57,918 nucleotides of DNA from an uncultured Bacilli bacterium (GCA_947628485.1 CANRAA010000001.1:1-57918), one strand, 5' to 3'; shown: positions 8,566-18,544, numbered from the stretch's first letter. The notes: generated by a model from the sequence alone, not told the origin. Translations and numbers: made by a program.

Positions 8566-9839
8566 TTCTTTTCTTTATTATTAAGTATTTTACTAACAGC
8601 ACTCATGATGGCTATTTTACCGTAAGAATAGGTAAGAGAACCTTGTTCATATAAAATGTAGGGTTCAACAAGAGGTCCATCACAAGATATTTCAATGGAA
8701 GAACCTTGCGTAAATGAACCTGAAGCCATAATTATTTCATTATCATAACCCGGCATCGGAGATGGAATAGGAGTACTATCTGCATCAATGGCACTTGCAC
8801 TTTGAATACCTTCCGCATATTTAATTAAATCATCTTTATTTCCAAAAGTTATCGATAAAACAATATCAGCGTGTTCTTCATTATATTTAGGATTAACTTT
8901 GTATCCTAAATCTTCCAGTAATTTAGCAGTTAAAAGTGATATTTTTAAACTACTGGCTACAACATAAGGAGCATGATATAAACCCATTAAAAATTCTTTA
9001 TTAATACCTAAAGTAGGACCTACTTCTCTACCTTCTCCGGGAACAGTTAATCTTTCGGCACATAAATTAACTAAAGATTCTTTCCCCGCAATATAACCGC
9101 CATTTGGAGCAATTCCGCCCCCTAAGTTTTTAATTAAAGACCCTACCATAATATCGGCTCCTACTTCCGTTGGCGTTTTATCTTCGACAAATTCACAATA
9201 ACAATTATCAACCATAATAATAGTTTCAGGAGATATTTCTTTAATTAGTTTACAAATACTATCGACCTTTTCAATTGTTATACTTTTTCTTTCCGAATAA
9301 CCTCTACTTCTTTGAATTTCAATTAATTTAACTTTATTATTTTTTAAATATTCTTTTATCTTATCATAATCAAAATCATCATTTACTAAATCAATTTGAT
9401 CATATTTAATGCCAAAGGAAATTAAAGAACTGGCATTTTCTTTAATCCCAATTACTTCATGTAAGGTGTCATAAGGTAAACCTGTAATACTAAGCATTAA
9501 ATCATTTGGTCTTAAAAGCCCAAATAAACAAACTGTTAAAGCATGAGAACCTGAAATAAAATCTCTTCTTACTAAAGCATCTTCACTACCTAGGACACTA
9601 GCAAAAACTTTTTCTATTTGACTTCTGCCTAGATCATTATAACCATAACCCGTTGTACTATTAAAAGAGGTTTCACTAATCCCGGCTTTATTAAAAGAAG
9701 ATAAAACTTTTAAACTATTTAATTCTTCTTGTTTATCTATTTTCGCAAATTCATCCTTAAGTTCTTCTTCAATTTGTAAAACTTTCTTATAGACATCTTC
9801 TCTTATATTATAAAATTCTAAATATTTATTCATTTCCAT
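8562..9839 (-). CDS. YnbB/aluminium-resistance family PLP enzyme (methionine gamma-lyase family protein)
   Basis: N-terminal region and the SLIKNLGGGIAP PLP-lysine motif are typical of this family. 425 aa. Confidence 0.8.
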   Translation of the reverse strand: MEMNKYLEFYNIREDVYKKVLQIEEELKDEFAKIDKQEELNSLKVLSSFNKAGISETSFNSTTGYGYNDLGRSQIEKVFASVLGSEDALVRRDFISGSHALTVCLFGLLRPNDLMLSITGLPYDTLHEVIGIKENASSLISFGIKYDQIDLVNDDFDYDKIKEYLKNNKVKLIEIQRSRGYSERKSITIEKVDSICKLIKEISPETIIMVDNCYCEFVEDKTPTEVGADIMVGSLIKNLGGGIAPNGGYIAGKESLVNLCAERLTVPGEGREVGPTLGINKEFLMGLYHAPYVVASSLKISLLTAKLLEDLGYKVNPKYNEEHADIVLSITFGNKDDLIKYAEGIQSASAIDADSTPIPSPMPGYDNEIIMASGSFTQGSSIEISCDGPLVEPYILYEQGSLTYSYGKIAIMSAVSKILNNKEKN

Positions 9840-10515
9840 CCCTCATTACACATATCGTCCCACTTACAATATCATCATTAATCATTATTTCGATTATTTT
9901 TAAAGCGACACTTTCTTTACTAATTAATTTATCTTGTTCAACTCTTTCTAACTCAGCCTTTAAATATTCCGGATCCATACTTAAAGTATTTTTCGTATCA
10001 ATCCAATTGGGAGCTACCCCACATACCTTTATATTTTTAAGTCTTAAGGCTAAATTTTTGGTTAGATTTATAATCCCGGCTTTACTCGCGGCATAATCTA
10101 AAGACAAAGGATTAAAGGTATCAATGCCATCAGTCGAAGCCATATTAATTAAAGTACCTCTTTCCATATCTAAAGATGCATATCTAGCAATGTTAAAAGT
10201 CCCTCCTAAATTAACACTTACAACATTCATAAATTCTTTATAACTTTTATTTTTTATATCATTACTAATATCTAATCCCACTAAATTAACAACTACATCA
10301 ATATGACTATATTTACTCTTAACATAATTAAATAAATTTTGCACTTCTTTTTCATTTGTCACATCACATTTAATCGTTTCATAATCTTTTTTTGTTTTAT
10401 TTTTATAAAAAGTACCAACTACGGTGGCTTTATATTTAAGTAAAATATCAGCAAGAACTTCCCCAATATCATTACTTATGCCAATTATTAAAACAACTAC
10501 TCCCGTAAGGTCCAT
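9826..10515 (-). CDS. SDR-family short-chain oxidoreductase
   Basis: Gly-rich N-terminal nucleotide-binding segment, NLVG, and catalytic YAASKAG (YxxxK). Confidence 0.8.
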   Translation of the reverse strand: MDLTGVVVLIIGISNDIGEVLADILLKYKATVVGTFYKNKTKKDYETIKCDVTNEKEVQNLFNYVKSKYSHIDVVVNLVGLDISNDIKNKSYKEFMNVVSVNLGGTFNIARYASLDMERGTLINMASTDGIDTFNPLSLDYAASKAGIINLTKNLALRLKNIKVCGVAPNWIDTKNTLSMDPEYLKAELERVEQDKLISKESVALKIIEIMINDDIVSGTICVMRDGNE

Positions 10516-10541
10516 AACATCACCTCGTAGGTATTATATAA

Positions 10542-11039
10542 TTATTTAGTTAAAGTTGCAATTAAATCTGTGATAAATATACTACTTAAAACCCTTAAGA
10601 TAATTTTTAAATTTTCCCTATATTTCTTAACTAATTTTTTAATTAAAGGAAGGATAATATAAGTTAATATTAAACCCATAAGACCAAAGGTAAAAGCACT
10701 TAAAAAGCAGACAAAACCACCTATATTAAGAAAATGATTAGTATAATCCCAAAGTCTTATTTTAAATATTTTAAGTAATAAAAGACCACTTAAGTCTTCA
10801 AAAAATGCAGATGTAAAAAATGATAAAGCAAATATTACTAAAGGATATTTTTTATATTTCGAAAATAAAGAAATTAAGATTGCTCCTAAACCATAAATCG
10901 GTAAGTATGGCCCATATAAAAAGGCATGACTAAAAAACTTTCCATTATAAGCATAACTTAAAACAAGTTCATACAAAAACCCTAAAATACTACATATATA
11001 AAAAGTTGTTCCGAGCATTACTATATCCATAATTATCAC
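10542..11039 (-). CDS. Multi-pass membrane protein (putative ABC-transporter type IV / PF06541-like)
   Basis: About 4 hydrophobic helices. The LYGPYLPIYGLGA motif is reminiscent of that family. Confidence 0.45.
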   Translation of the reverse strand: MIIMDIVMLGTTFYICSILGFLYELVLSYAYNGKFFSHAFLYGPYLPIYGLGAILISLFSKYKKYPLVIFALSFFTSAFFEDLSGLLLLKIFKIRLWDYTNHFLNIGGFVCFLSAFTFGLMGLILTYIILPLIKKLVKKYRENLKIILRVLSSIFITDLIATLTK

Positions 11040-11142
11040 TATAATTAGGATGAATAATTAAAATATTTTTATCTTACCAATAATTAGAAAAGAAAAAGTA
11101 CATAAAATAGCCATAATAAAACATACTAAATATGAAAGGAAA

Positions 11143-11376
11143 ATGAATATGAAAGAAAATTATAAAAAAGCTCCGGATATTTTAACTAATAAAGATTTAG
11201 ATTACCTAAAAGATATCTTTGGTTGGAATCATACAGCTTATAAAAATGAAATGGAAGCGTTAAATTATATTGAAAATGATAGTGTTAAAGATATGATTAA
11301 TGAGGCTACAATGGTTTTTGAAGAAAACATGCATAATGTTTTAAAAATAGTAAAGGAAGAGCATAATGGAAAATAA
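11143..11376 (+). CDS. Small hypothetical protein co-transcribed with the CotF-like gene
   Basis: 77-aa ORF overlapping the next gene by 11 nt. Confidence 0.5.
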   Translation: MNMKENYKKAPDILTNKDLDYLKDIFGWNHTAYKNEMEALNYIENDSVKDMINEATMVFEENMHNVLKIVKEEHNGK

Positions 11377-11683
11377 AAAAGTAAGTAATCCTAAATTAGA
11401 AGTAAAAGAAGGTTTAAATTTAAATGACAAAGATTATATGACTAATCTTTTAAGTACACTAAAAGCGATGGTTAAAGATATGACCGTAGCTTTAACGGAG
11501 GCCTCTAATAGTAAAATTTATTCCGAATATAAAAATATGTATGAAGAACTTTTAAAACTCCAAAGAGCCTCTTATGAATTGATGTTTAAATTAGGTTGGT
11601 ATACTTTAGAAGAAACCACTCAAAATAAAAAAGATACTCTAGAAAAAGAATTACAAACTCAACTGGATAATTTACAAAATTAA
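11366..11683 (+). CDS. Spore coat protein F (CotF)-like protein
   Basis: LNDKDYMTNLLSTLKAMVKDMTVALTEASN...LKLQRASYELMFKLGWY resembles Coat_F domain proteins. Confidence 0.5.
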   Translation: MENKKVSNPKLEVKEGLNLNDKDYMTNLLSTLKAMVKDMTVALTEASNSKIYSEYKNMYEELLKLQRASYELMFKLGWYTLEETTQNKKDTLEKELQTQLDNLQN

Positions 11684-11759
11684 GATTGCTTTAATAATTT
11701 ATATAAATATTGTATAATCTAATTATGGAGATGAGTTATCATCGCCAATGTGGTTATTT

Positions 11760-11808
11760 CACTACTTTATTCGAATATCAATTCGAACTGAAGTAGTGTC
11801 TTTTTTAT
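11760..11808 (+). terminator. Rho-independent terminator
   Basis: CACTACTT (11760..11767) pairs with AAGTAGTG (11791..11798). An inner TTCGAA/TTCGAA pairing is also possible. Followed by TCTTTTTTATT. Confidence 0.6.
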
Positions 11809-11917
11809 TGCGTTTAAACAAGATGATAAAATTGGGCATCTGGTTTCACAATTAACATAGAAAAGCAATATTACACTAATTGTTTTTAATTTTTTGTTAA
11901 AAATTTAAAAATAAATG

Positions 11918-11946
11918 TTGCAATTAAGAAACAAAGATGATAAAAT
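11918..11946 (+). promoter_or_regulatory. Sigma-A type promoter of the higB-like/higA-immA operon
   Basis: TTGCAA (11918..11923), 17 bp spacer, TAAAAT (11941..11946). Confidence 0.55.
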
Positions 11947-11949
11947 AAA

Positions 11950-11966
11950 ATTACCTATTAGGTAAT
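11950..11966. promoter_or_regulatory. Perfect palindromic operator candidate
   Basis: ATTACCTA-T-TAGGTAAT is an 8+8 bp inverted repeat that begins 4 nt after the -10 hexamer and overlaps the expected transcription start. Confidence 0.55.
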
Positions 11967-11990
11967 TAATTTTTAAGGGGGGTTTTGAAT

Positions 11991-12338
11991 TTGCAACTAG
12001 AATTATATGATTCGAAAGTTAAAAAAATTATGGAAAATGCCGATAAACTAATTAAAAAAGTAGGATTAGATATGGCGAGAAAAATAAAACAAAGATTTAA
12101 CGAGATGAAGGCTTCGGCGAATTTTCTAGAATACCTTAATTATGGTATCGGAAAGCCTCATCCTCTATCAGGTAATTTAAATAACTTATTTGGAATACAC
12201 TTAAATAAGAATTATCGCTTAATAGTAGAACCATTAACAGAAAAAATGGATAATGAAAGTTTAAAAGAATGTAAAAAAGTAAATATAAAAGGAGTGGTGG
12301 AATATCATGATGGAAAAAATGAATGGATTATCCCTTAA
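11991..12338 (+). CDS. RelE/ParE-superfamily toxin, HigB (plasmid maintenance system killer)-like
   Basis: PHPLSGNLNNLFGIHLNKNYRLIVEP matches the HigB core pattern. TTG at 11991 lies 8 nt after the GGGGGG SD. The TTG at 11985 given in the ORF track is too close to that SD. Confidence 0.65.
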   Translation: MQLELYDSKVKKIMENADKLIKKVGLDMARKIKQRFNEMKASANFLEYLNYGIGKPHPLSGNLNNLFGIHLNKNYRLIVEPLTEKMDNESLKECKKVNIKGVVEYHDGKNEWIIP

Positions 12339-13398
12339 TTTGATAATACACCCAGGAGAAACAATTAAAGAATTATTGGAAGAAAATGGAATGACTCAAG
12401 AAGAATTAGCAATTCGAACTGGTTATTCTGCTAAACATATTAGTGAAGTAATAAGTGGCAAAAAAAATATATCTTCTAAATTTGCCAATTCCTTAGAATA
12501 TGTTTTTGAAATACCAACAGAATTTTGGATTAATTTACAAGGTAATTATGATAAGGAAGTATTAGAACTAGAAAAAATTAATAATATAAAAAAAGAAGAA
12601 TTAGAAGTATTAAACGAATTAAAAGATGTTGTTAAATATTGTGAATCAAATAAAATAATAGAACCTGGATTAAATAAATCATTAACCCTTTTGAATATGC
12701 GAAAATTTTTAAAAGTTAATAATTTGTTATCTATACCAAATTTACCACTTCAACAAGTATCATTTAGAGGTTCCAAAAAAATAAAAGTAAACATTAATGT
12801 TTTATATGCCTGGAAAAGAATATGTGAATATTTAACCGAAAAAATAAATGTTAAAAATGAATTTAATAAAGAATTATTAAAAGAAAAATGTTTGGACATA
12901 AAAAAAACGATGTTTCTGGAAGCAAATGATATGATTTTAGAACTTAAAAAAATATTTTTAGAATGTGGCATTGTTTTTGAAGTTGTCCATAATTTTGTTG
13001 GAGCTCCTGTTCAAGGATATATTCAAAAAAGAAAGGATAAAGTTCTACTTTGCATGACAATTCGTCAATCATTTTCAGATATATTTTGGTTTACGTTATT
13101 TCATGAAATTGGTCATTTAATAAATGATGATTTTAATGACCAATACATTGACTATTACTTTATAGAAAGTGAAGTTGAAAAAAGAGCCGATAATTTTGCC
13201 AGAAATAATCTAATAAATGATAAAGATTATGAAAAATTTAAAGAAAATGGGAAATATGATATTTCAACAATTAAAAAGTTTGCTAAAATTCAATGTGTAA
13301 AACCAGGGATTGTTATTGGAAGAATACAAAGAGAAATCGATGATTATACTTTTATGGCACAATATAGAGAAAGATACAAATGGGTAAGTGAAGTATAA
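12307..13398 (+). CDS. HigA-type XRE HTH antitoxin fused to an ImmA/IrrE (M78) metallopeptidase domain
   Basis: N-terminal IHPGETIKELLEENGMTQEELAIRTGYSAKHISEVISGKKNIS...EFWINLQGNYD is a HigA-type HTH. C-terminal part carries FHEIGH (HExxH). Overlaps the toxin gene by 32 nt. Confidence 0.75.
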   Translation: MMEKMNGLSLNLIIHPGETIKELLEENGMTQEELAIRTGYSAKHISEVISGKKNISSKFANSLEYVFEIPTEFWINLQGNYDKEVLELEKINNIKKEELEVLNELKDVVKYCESNKIIEPGLNKSLTLLNMRKFLKVNNLLSIPNLPLQQVSFRGSKKIKVNINVLYAWKRICEYLTEKINVKNEFNKELLKEKCLDIKKTMFLEANDMILELKKIFLECGIVFEVVHNFVGAPVQGYIQKRKDKVLLCMTIRQSFSDIFWFTLFHEIGHLINDDFNDQYIDYYFIESEVEKRADNFARNNLINDKDYEKFKENGKYDISTIKKFAKIQCVKPGIVIGRIQREIDDYTFMAQYRERYKWVSEV

Positions 13399-13413
13399 TA
13401 TTCCACATAAAAT

Positions 13414-13457
13414 AAATCGATAGTTATGTAATTGATAACTACCGATTTATTTTTTTA
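13414..13457. terminator. Bidirectional rho-independent terminator
   Basis: AAATCGATAGTTAT (13414..13427) pairs with ATAACTACCGATTT (13435..13448) with one mismatch. Flanked by an A-run on the left and a T-run on the right, between convergent genes. Confidence 0.7.
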
Positions 13458-13464
13458 TTAATTA

Positions 13465-13929
13465 TTATAGATACTTAATATCTTTAAGTAAGGTATCAAT
13501 GGTATCTTTATATTCATTAGTCCCTGCAATAAAGATTAATGTGTTTTTAACTTGCGATATAACAATATATTCATCAGTAGAAACTGCTACTGTTCTGGTA
13601 AATACAGCTCCTTTAGTTTCTTGATTCTTGGAATCTGTTGTTATATAGTCAACAATACTATCTTTATATTTTTTATAAACTTTTTTAGCTTCGACATCAC
13701 TTTTAAATTCATAATATTCTATTTTAAAAGGAACATCACTTTTCGTAGCTACTAAATAAGTATCTGTTTCATACTTGGCTTCTTCTTTATCACTTATTGT
13801 ATAACCCAAATCGTTAAAATGTTTATTAAATTCTTCTTTATCAACGACATTATAAAACATACAACCAGTAGTTACAATACAAACAATGGCAATTATGACA
13901 ATTCCTAATATAATACTTTTATTTTTCAT
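13465..13929 (-). CDS. Putative lipoprotein / membrane-anchored protein
   Basis: MKNKSIILGIVIIAIVCIVTTGC is a signal-like N-terminus with a lipobox-like TTGC. Confidence 0.6.
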   Translation of the reverse strand: MKNKSIILGIVIIAIVCIVTTGCMFYNVVDKEEFNKHFNDLGYTISDKEEAKYETDTYLVATKSDVPFKIEYYEFKSDVEAKKVYKKYKDSIVDYITTDSKNQETKGAVFTRTVAVSTDEYIVISQVKNTLIFIAGTNEYKDTIDTLLKDIKYL

Positions 13930-14164
13930 TTATCAATTCTCCTCTATGTTTATTATAAAACATTTCCATAATTTCTTCAAACTCATTTTGATTATTTAAC
14001 TTAATTATTACTTCTCTTCCCTCTTTTTCTATCACTTTCCGGACACAAAAATCGTTATTATCTAAAATATTGACTAGAACTAAATAATTAGAATTATTAT
14101 GGGTAAGTGTATCAATTATTCCATATTCTTTTCCATTTTCTAACTTTATAACATCAATGTTCAT
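13919..14164 (-). CDS. Small hypothetical protein (DUF1292-like)
   Basis: 81-aa ORF tightly coupled to both neighbours. Weak resemblance to DUF1292 proteins. Confidence 0.45.
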   Translation of the reverse strand: MNIDVIKLENGKEYGIIDTLTHNNSNYLVLVNILDNNDFCVRKVIEKEGREVIIKLNNQNEFEEIMEMFYNKHRGELINEK

Positions 14165-15168
14165 TATAACCCCTTACTTTCTACGGCCATTTGTTGAAGT
14201 CCTGTTGCAGCTTCCTTGTAATTTAATCCTTTAGATTCCCGATAAGATGCCGCAAAAGCATTTAAAACTTCTTTCGTATGCTCATCTAACTTTTCAAAAG
14301 ATGTTGGGTCATTGAAATGATCTGTTTTATTATATAGTTTAATGGCCTCCATTATTTCCTCGCTATAAGCATCCCTTACTCTACCGCTTTTTTGCATATA
14401 GTTAAGAAAACTAGGACAGCCATAGAACGTTTGGGCTAAATCTTGTAAAGCAGGATCTTGGGTCATTTTGTAATATAAAGTTTTCATAACATTATCCATA
14501 TTATAAAGTCTTCCTTCAGTCATACTGCAATAAGTATTATGTAAAACTTCATCTAAAGCCTCTGGATGGGCAATAATTATCTTAATAATATCGTTAGCAA
14601 TCCCCTCTTCTAGATAATCATATTGTTTAACTCTTTCGCCATTTTGCATGACATAAACGGTTTCTTTATTTTGGGTAATTATATCGTCTTTACTTTCACC
14701 ATTGGAAATAATCATTCCAATATGTTGTGTAATTTGATTTTTTTCATAATCACTTCTTTTATGAACAACTGCCCCTAAAGAAATAAGTTCCGCAACTAAA
14801 ACTACGGCAATAATTCCTTTTTTATACCAGTCTTTAGTCATTTTGCGTCTATCGGGAGCTAAAGGAATTTCTACCTTATCTCCTAAACTTTCAAAACTTT
14901 CAATCTCGGCATTGTATTCCGAAATTATTCTTGCAATATCGGCATCAGCTTTATGTTCTTGAATGATTTCATCTTTTATATAATTTTTATGAAGTACTAA
15001 AAACCGGGCATAATCTAAAGCCACTTCCGTACCCATGCGATTATTGGATTTTTCCATAATGTAAGCCGCTATTTCGGTATAATCATAATTATCTCCAACA
15101 ATTTTCCGCATATCATTTAAAGAATCGTCATATAACTTTTCTAATTTTTCACCACTATTATTGTCCAT
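14164..15168 (-). CDS. Hypothetical single-pass membrane protein
   Basis: ORF trimmed to ATG 15168 (MDNNSGEKL), which follows an AGGTGA SD. The track start at 15222 is a TTG. One TM segment, GIIAVVLVAELISLGAVV. Confidence 0.6.
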   Translation of the reverse strand: MDNNSGEKLEKLYDDSLNDMRKIVGDNYDYTEIAAYIMEKSNNRMGTEVALDYARFLVLHKNYIKDEIIQEHKADADIARIISEYNAEIESFESLGDKVEIPLAPDRRKMTKDWYKKGIIAVVLVAELISLGAVVHKRSDYEKNQITQHIGMIISNGESKDDIITQNKETVYVMQNGERVKQYDYLEEGIANDIIKIIIAHPEALDEVLHNTYCSMTEGRLYNMDNVMKTLYYKMTQDPALQDLAQTFYGCPSFLNYMQKSGRVRDAYSEEIMEAIKLYNKTDHFNDPTSFEKLDEHTKEVLNAFAASYRESKGLNYKEAATGLQQMAVESKGL

Positions 15169-15262
15169 TTCTTCACCTACTTTTAGTAATTTTAATATAC
15201 TACCCCATAAAAATAAAGTCAAACCCTTAACCCTTATTTAATTATTTTTGACAAAGAATTGA

Positions 15263-15844
15263 CTAAATATGCATTTTTCTTGTAACTATTTTACTAAGTA
15301 AATAAGAAAGTGCCACCATAAGTACTATCACAATTAAAATACGAGGATTTTTTAAACTTTCAAGTAAACTTGTTCCAATGAAACCCCAAAAAGCCACTAA
15401 AGATATTTTTCCTAAAACGATTGCCACTGCATATTTTTTAAAAGACATCTTTGATAAAGAGGCCGCTATATTGACTAGAAAAGCCGGGGTAAAAGGAATG
15501 GCAATAAGTAAGACTAAATTCGGAATACTAATCTTATCAATATATTTCATAAATTTATCAAATTCTTTAATCTTTCTAACTCTTTTTTGAAATATTCCTT
15601 TTAAAATACTCCGACACATAAAAAAGGAGAAGAAACAACCTAAACAAGTAAGAATATAGGAAATAATAAAGCCTAAAATATTACCATAAGTTAAAAATAC
15701 AATTGTTATAAAAACAAATAATGGTAATACGGGAATAATTGATTCTAAAAAAATTAATAGGCACGCAAATAAAGGACCATAAAAGGTCGATGAATAAACG
15801 ATTCCCATAATTAAATTGTATATGTTATTTAAAACTTCTCCCAT
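15263..15844 (-). CDS. TVP38/TMEM64 (DedA-related) family membrane protein
   Basis: Multi-pass protein with a typical N-terminal VLPLFVF...GFIISY...CR arrangement. Confidence 0.65.
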   Translation of the reverse strand: MGEVLNNIYNLIMGIVYSSTFYGPLFACLLIFLESIIPVLPLFVFITIVFLTYGNILGFIISYILTCLGCFFSFFMCRSILKGIFQKRVRKIKEFDKFMKYIDKISIPNLVLLIAIPFTPAFLVNIAASLSKMSFKKYAVAIVLGKISLVAFWGFIGTSLLESLKNPRILIVIVLMVALSYLLSKIVTRKMHI

Positions 15845-15884
15845 AAATATCCCATAATCATTATAATATAATTATGGATATTTT

Positions 15885-16145
15885 TCACGAATTTATTACA
15901 TATGTAACATCATAACCGTAAAATGAAAGAATTCTTACTGCTTGCTTACTTTTATGTCCTTCACTACACATAATAAAATATTTCTTATTTTTATCCAAAA
16001 AAGTCTTATGGTTCATTAAAAGTTTATCATAATAAATATTGATACTATAAGGATTATGTTTTTCCTTATAACTAATTGGATCTTTAACATCTATTAAAAT
16101 GCCCATACTTGGGTTATAATCACTTTCTTTAATTGATTTCATCAT
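15885..16145 (-). CDS. Rhodanese-like domain protein
   Basis: Single small domain with active-site-like loop CSEGHKS followed by a YGYDV strand. Confidence 0.6.
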   Translation of the reverse strand: MMKSIKESDYNPSMGILIDVKDPISYKEKHNPYSINIYYDKLLMNHKTFLDKNKKYFIMCSEGHKSKQAVRILSFYGYDVTYVINS

Positions 16146-16210
16146 ATCACCATAGTATTTTATGAAAACTAAAAAACAAGAAAAATTATAAATAACTAAA
16201 AAAGAAAAGA

Positions 16211-18475
16211 TTATTCATCTTCTCCAAAGAAATCATCAAAGAATTCATCATCTGTAATAACATTATCATTCATAATAACACTATCCACATCAATATTAAC
16301 TTTTGGTTTATTTTTCTCTTCCTCTTTATGTTCTTCTACTTTTGGAACATCCATTATTTTATCTTCTAATTTAGGTAATTCTACTTCATCATTTAAGCTT
16401 TCCATTTTCTTCGGCATCATAAATGGATTAGGTATCTTTTCCTCATCTATCTCTTCTAAATCTTCGATTTCATCTAATTTTTTAATAGCTTCATCAGATG
16501 ATTTCAACATTTCTTCATTTCGTTTTTGCATCTTTTCTTTTTCACGTTGTTCTTCTTCATCAAGTTCTTTTAATTTTCGATCAATATCTTTCATCATGGC
16601 ATCTATATCCATGTTTTGAAGTGGACTAGCAAAAGGATTTGGCCCCATCATTGGGGTTGGTTCATGCATTCCAAAAGGATTCATTCCACTTGGCATTCCT
16701 GGACCCATTAAGCCCATGCCCCCCATTGGATTAGGATTTTCTCCTTCGCCATTCATCATTCTTTTCCGTTTTTCTTCGGTAACAAATTTCTTTAAATCGA
16801 ATAGTTCAATTTGCCGCGTTTCTCTTGTTGGATAAGTAGCAATTGGATAATCTTCGCCCCAATCCATTTTAAAGTTTGGCGTATATTTAGTTTTAAACGG
16901 ATACATTCTAAGTCTTATAATTATAGCTTCCCCTAACTTTAATTTTTGTAAGTCAGAAACTGTAACAAGTGGTGTAGAAGCCGTTTTATCTTTATCTTTA
17001 GATTTAACCTCGCCACACATTTTACTAATTTCCTCTAGGGCTTTAAGTTCCGTACTAATTAAATAAATTAAATTACTACAGTTACCACGAATAACTTGGG
17101 CTACTTCTTCGCCATAAACATCATTAAGTTGGGCAAAGTTTTGAATAATAAAGGTAAATCTTATATCTCTGGAACGAGCTGCTGATACCATACTATCAAC
17201 ATCTTTTAAAGGTGGCATATTGGCAAATTCATCTAAGATAAAATTAGTTCGATATTGAAGTTTTCCGCCATTTGCCTGAGCTACATCAATTAAAGTTTCA
17301 TAACATTGTTTAATGAAAATCGTCATTAATGTATGGTAAGTTTTCTTTTCATCATGAATAATCATGAATACGGCAGTCTTCCCTTTACCAATATCTCGCA
17401 TATCAAAATCACTATAAGATAACATTTCAGATAAGTTTTCTCTCGTTGAGAATAATCTTATTTTTTGTCTAAATGTTGAAAGTAGGCCACCCTTCGTATC
17501 ACTTGGAGCATTTATAACCGTATTCGCAAACATATACGCATTAGAATCCGGTCCTTTTAAATTAAAGTATTCTTTAATAAAATTACTAGTAGCGTATCTT
17601 TCTTCGCCAATCGTACTCATATAGTTAATGCTATTTAAGTTAACTTCACTCTCGGGAGCATCTTGGAATAAACCTAAAGCAAGGCCAGAGAAATAATCCG
17701 CTGAACCTTTTTCCCAGAAGGGATCACTCTTACTACTTGGGTCATATAAAATATTTAAAGCAACGTCATCTAAAAGTTCCGTGGCTTTATCATAATTACC
17801 TTCTTTATAATATTGATAAGGCAAAGATAATGGGTTCCACGCATTACCTTTATTTGGGTCTCTAAAGTTTAAAATAATTATTTTGTATCCTCTTTCTTCA
17901 AGGCTTTTCGCAGTTTTACTATATATTTCACCTTTAGGATCGGTAATAATCATACTTTCACCCTTTTTGGCTAAAACATTAACCATTGGGAAAACTAAGT
18001 TTTCAGTTTTACCACTACCAGTAGAACCAATAACTAAGTTATGATAATCACTATCATCAACCCACATTTCTTTACCATTATTAATAAGAGGAATACCGGC
18101 ATGTTTTAATTCTTTATCTTTCGGATTGATTTTTTCAACACCACTTGAGTCCTTTATTTCTTTATCTTTAGCCCATCTACTATAGCCATCACTAGATTTT
18201 TTTTCAGATACTTTTAACCCTATTCCATGACCTTTTTCTTTATTAAAAATATAATCAGATACACTTGTGAATATCAAAATTAATACCCCAATAAAAAGTC
18301 CTAAGGTAAAAGGTAAATAAGTAACTGAAAAAGCACTCCACGGCAATAACCCATAAAATGTTCCATTATTAAGCAAACAAAATAAATTTGATACTGCTAA
18401 AGCACACAAATATAATAAAATTATACAATATAAAACAAATAAGAAAAAATCTTTAGGTTCTACTTTAAACTTCAT
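16211..18475 (-). CDS. VirD4/TraG-family type IV secretion coupling protein (T4CP) with a long low-complexity C-terminal tail
   Basis: Two N-terminal TM helices, Walker A GSTGSGKTE, TDPKGE motif, Walker B FILDEFANMP. The tail is Pro/Met/Gly-rich and then acidic. Confidence 0.8.
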   Translation of the reverse strand: MKFKVEPKDFFLFVLYCIILLYLCALAVSNLFCLLNNGTFYGLLPWSAFSVTYLPFTLGLFIGVLILIFTSVSDYIFNKEKGHGIGLKVSEKKSSDGYSRWAKDKEIKDSSGVEKINPKDKELKHAGIPLINNGKEMWVDDSDYHNLVIGSTGSGKTENLVFPMVNVLAKKGESMIITDPKGEIYSKTAKSLEERGYKIIILNFRDPNKGNAWNPLSLPYQYYKEGNYDKATELLDDVALNILYDPSSKSDPFWEKGSADYFSGLALGLFQDAPESEVNLNSINYMSTIGEERYATSNFIKEYFNLKGPDSNAYMFANTVINAPSDTKGGLLSTFRQKIRLFSTRENLSEMLSYSDFDMRDIGKGKTAVFMIIHDEKKTYHTLMTIFIKQCYETLIDVAQANGGKLQYRTNFILDEFANMPPLKDVDSMVSAARSRDIRFTFIIQNFAQLNDVYGEEVAQVIRGNCSNLIYLISTELKALEEISKMCGEVKSKDKDKTASTPLVTVSDLQKLKLGEAIIIRLRMYPFKTKYTPNFKMDWGEDYPIATYPTRETRQIELFDLKKFVTEEKRKRMMNGEGENPNPMGGMGLMGPGMPSGMNPFGMHEPTPMMGPNPFASPLQNMDIDAMMKDIDRKLKELDEEEQREKEKMQKRNEEMLKSSDEAIKKLDEIEDLEEIDEEKIPNPFMMPKKMESLNDEVELPKLEDKIMDVPKVEEHKEEEKNKPKVNIDVDSVIMNDNVITDDEFFDDFFGEDE

Positions 18476-18544
18476 CTTTTACCCTCTCCAATTCAAACAT
18501 ATTATACTATAAATACTTCATATTAGCAAAAATATTTTACTAAT

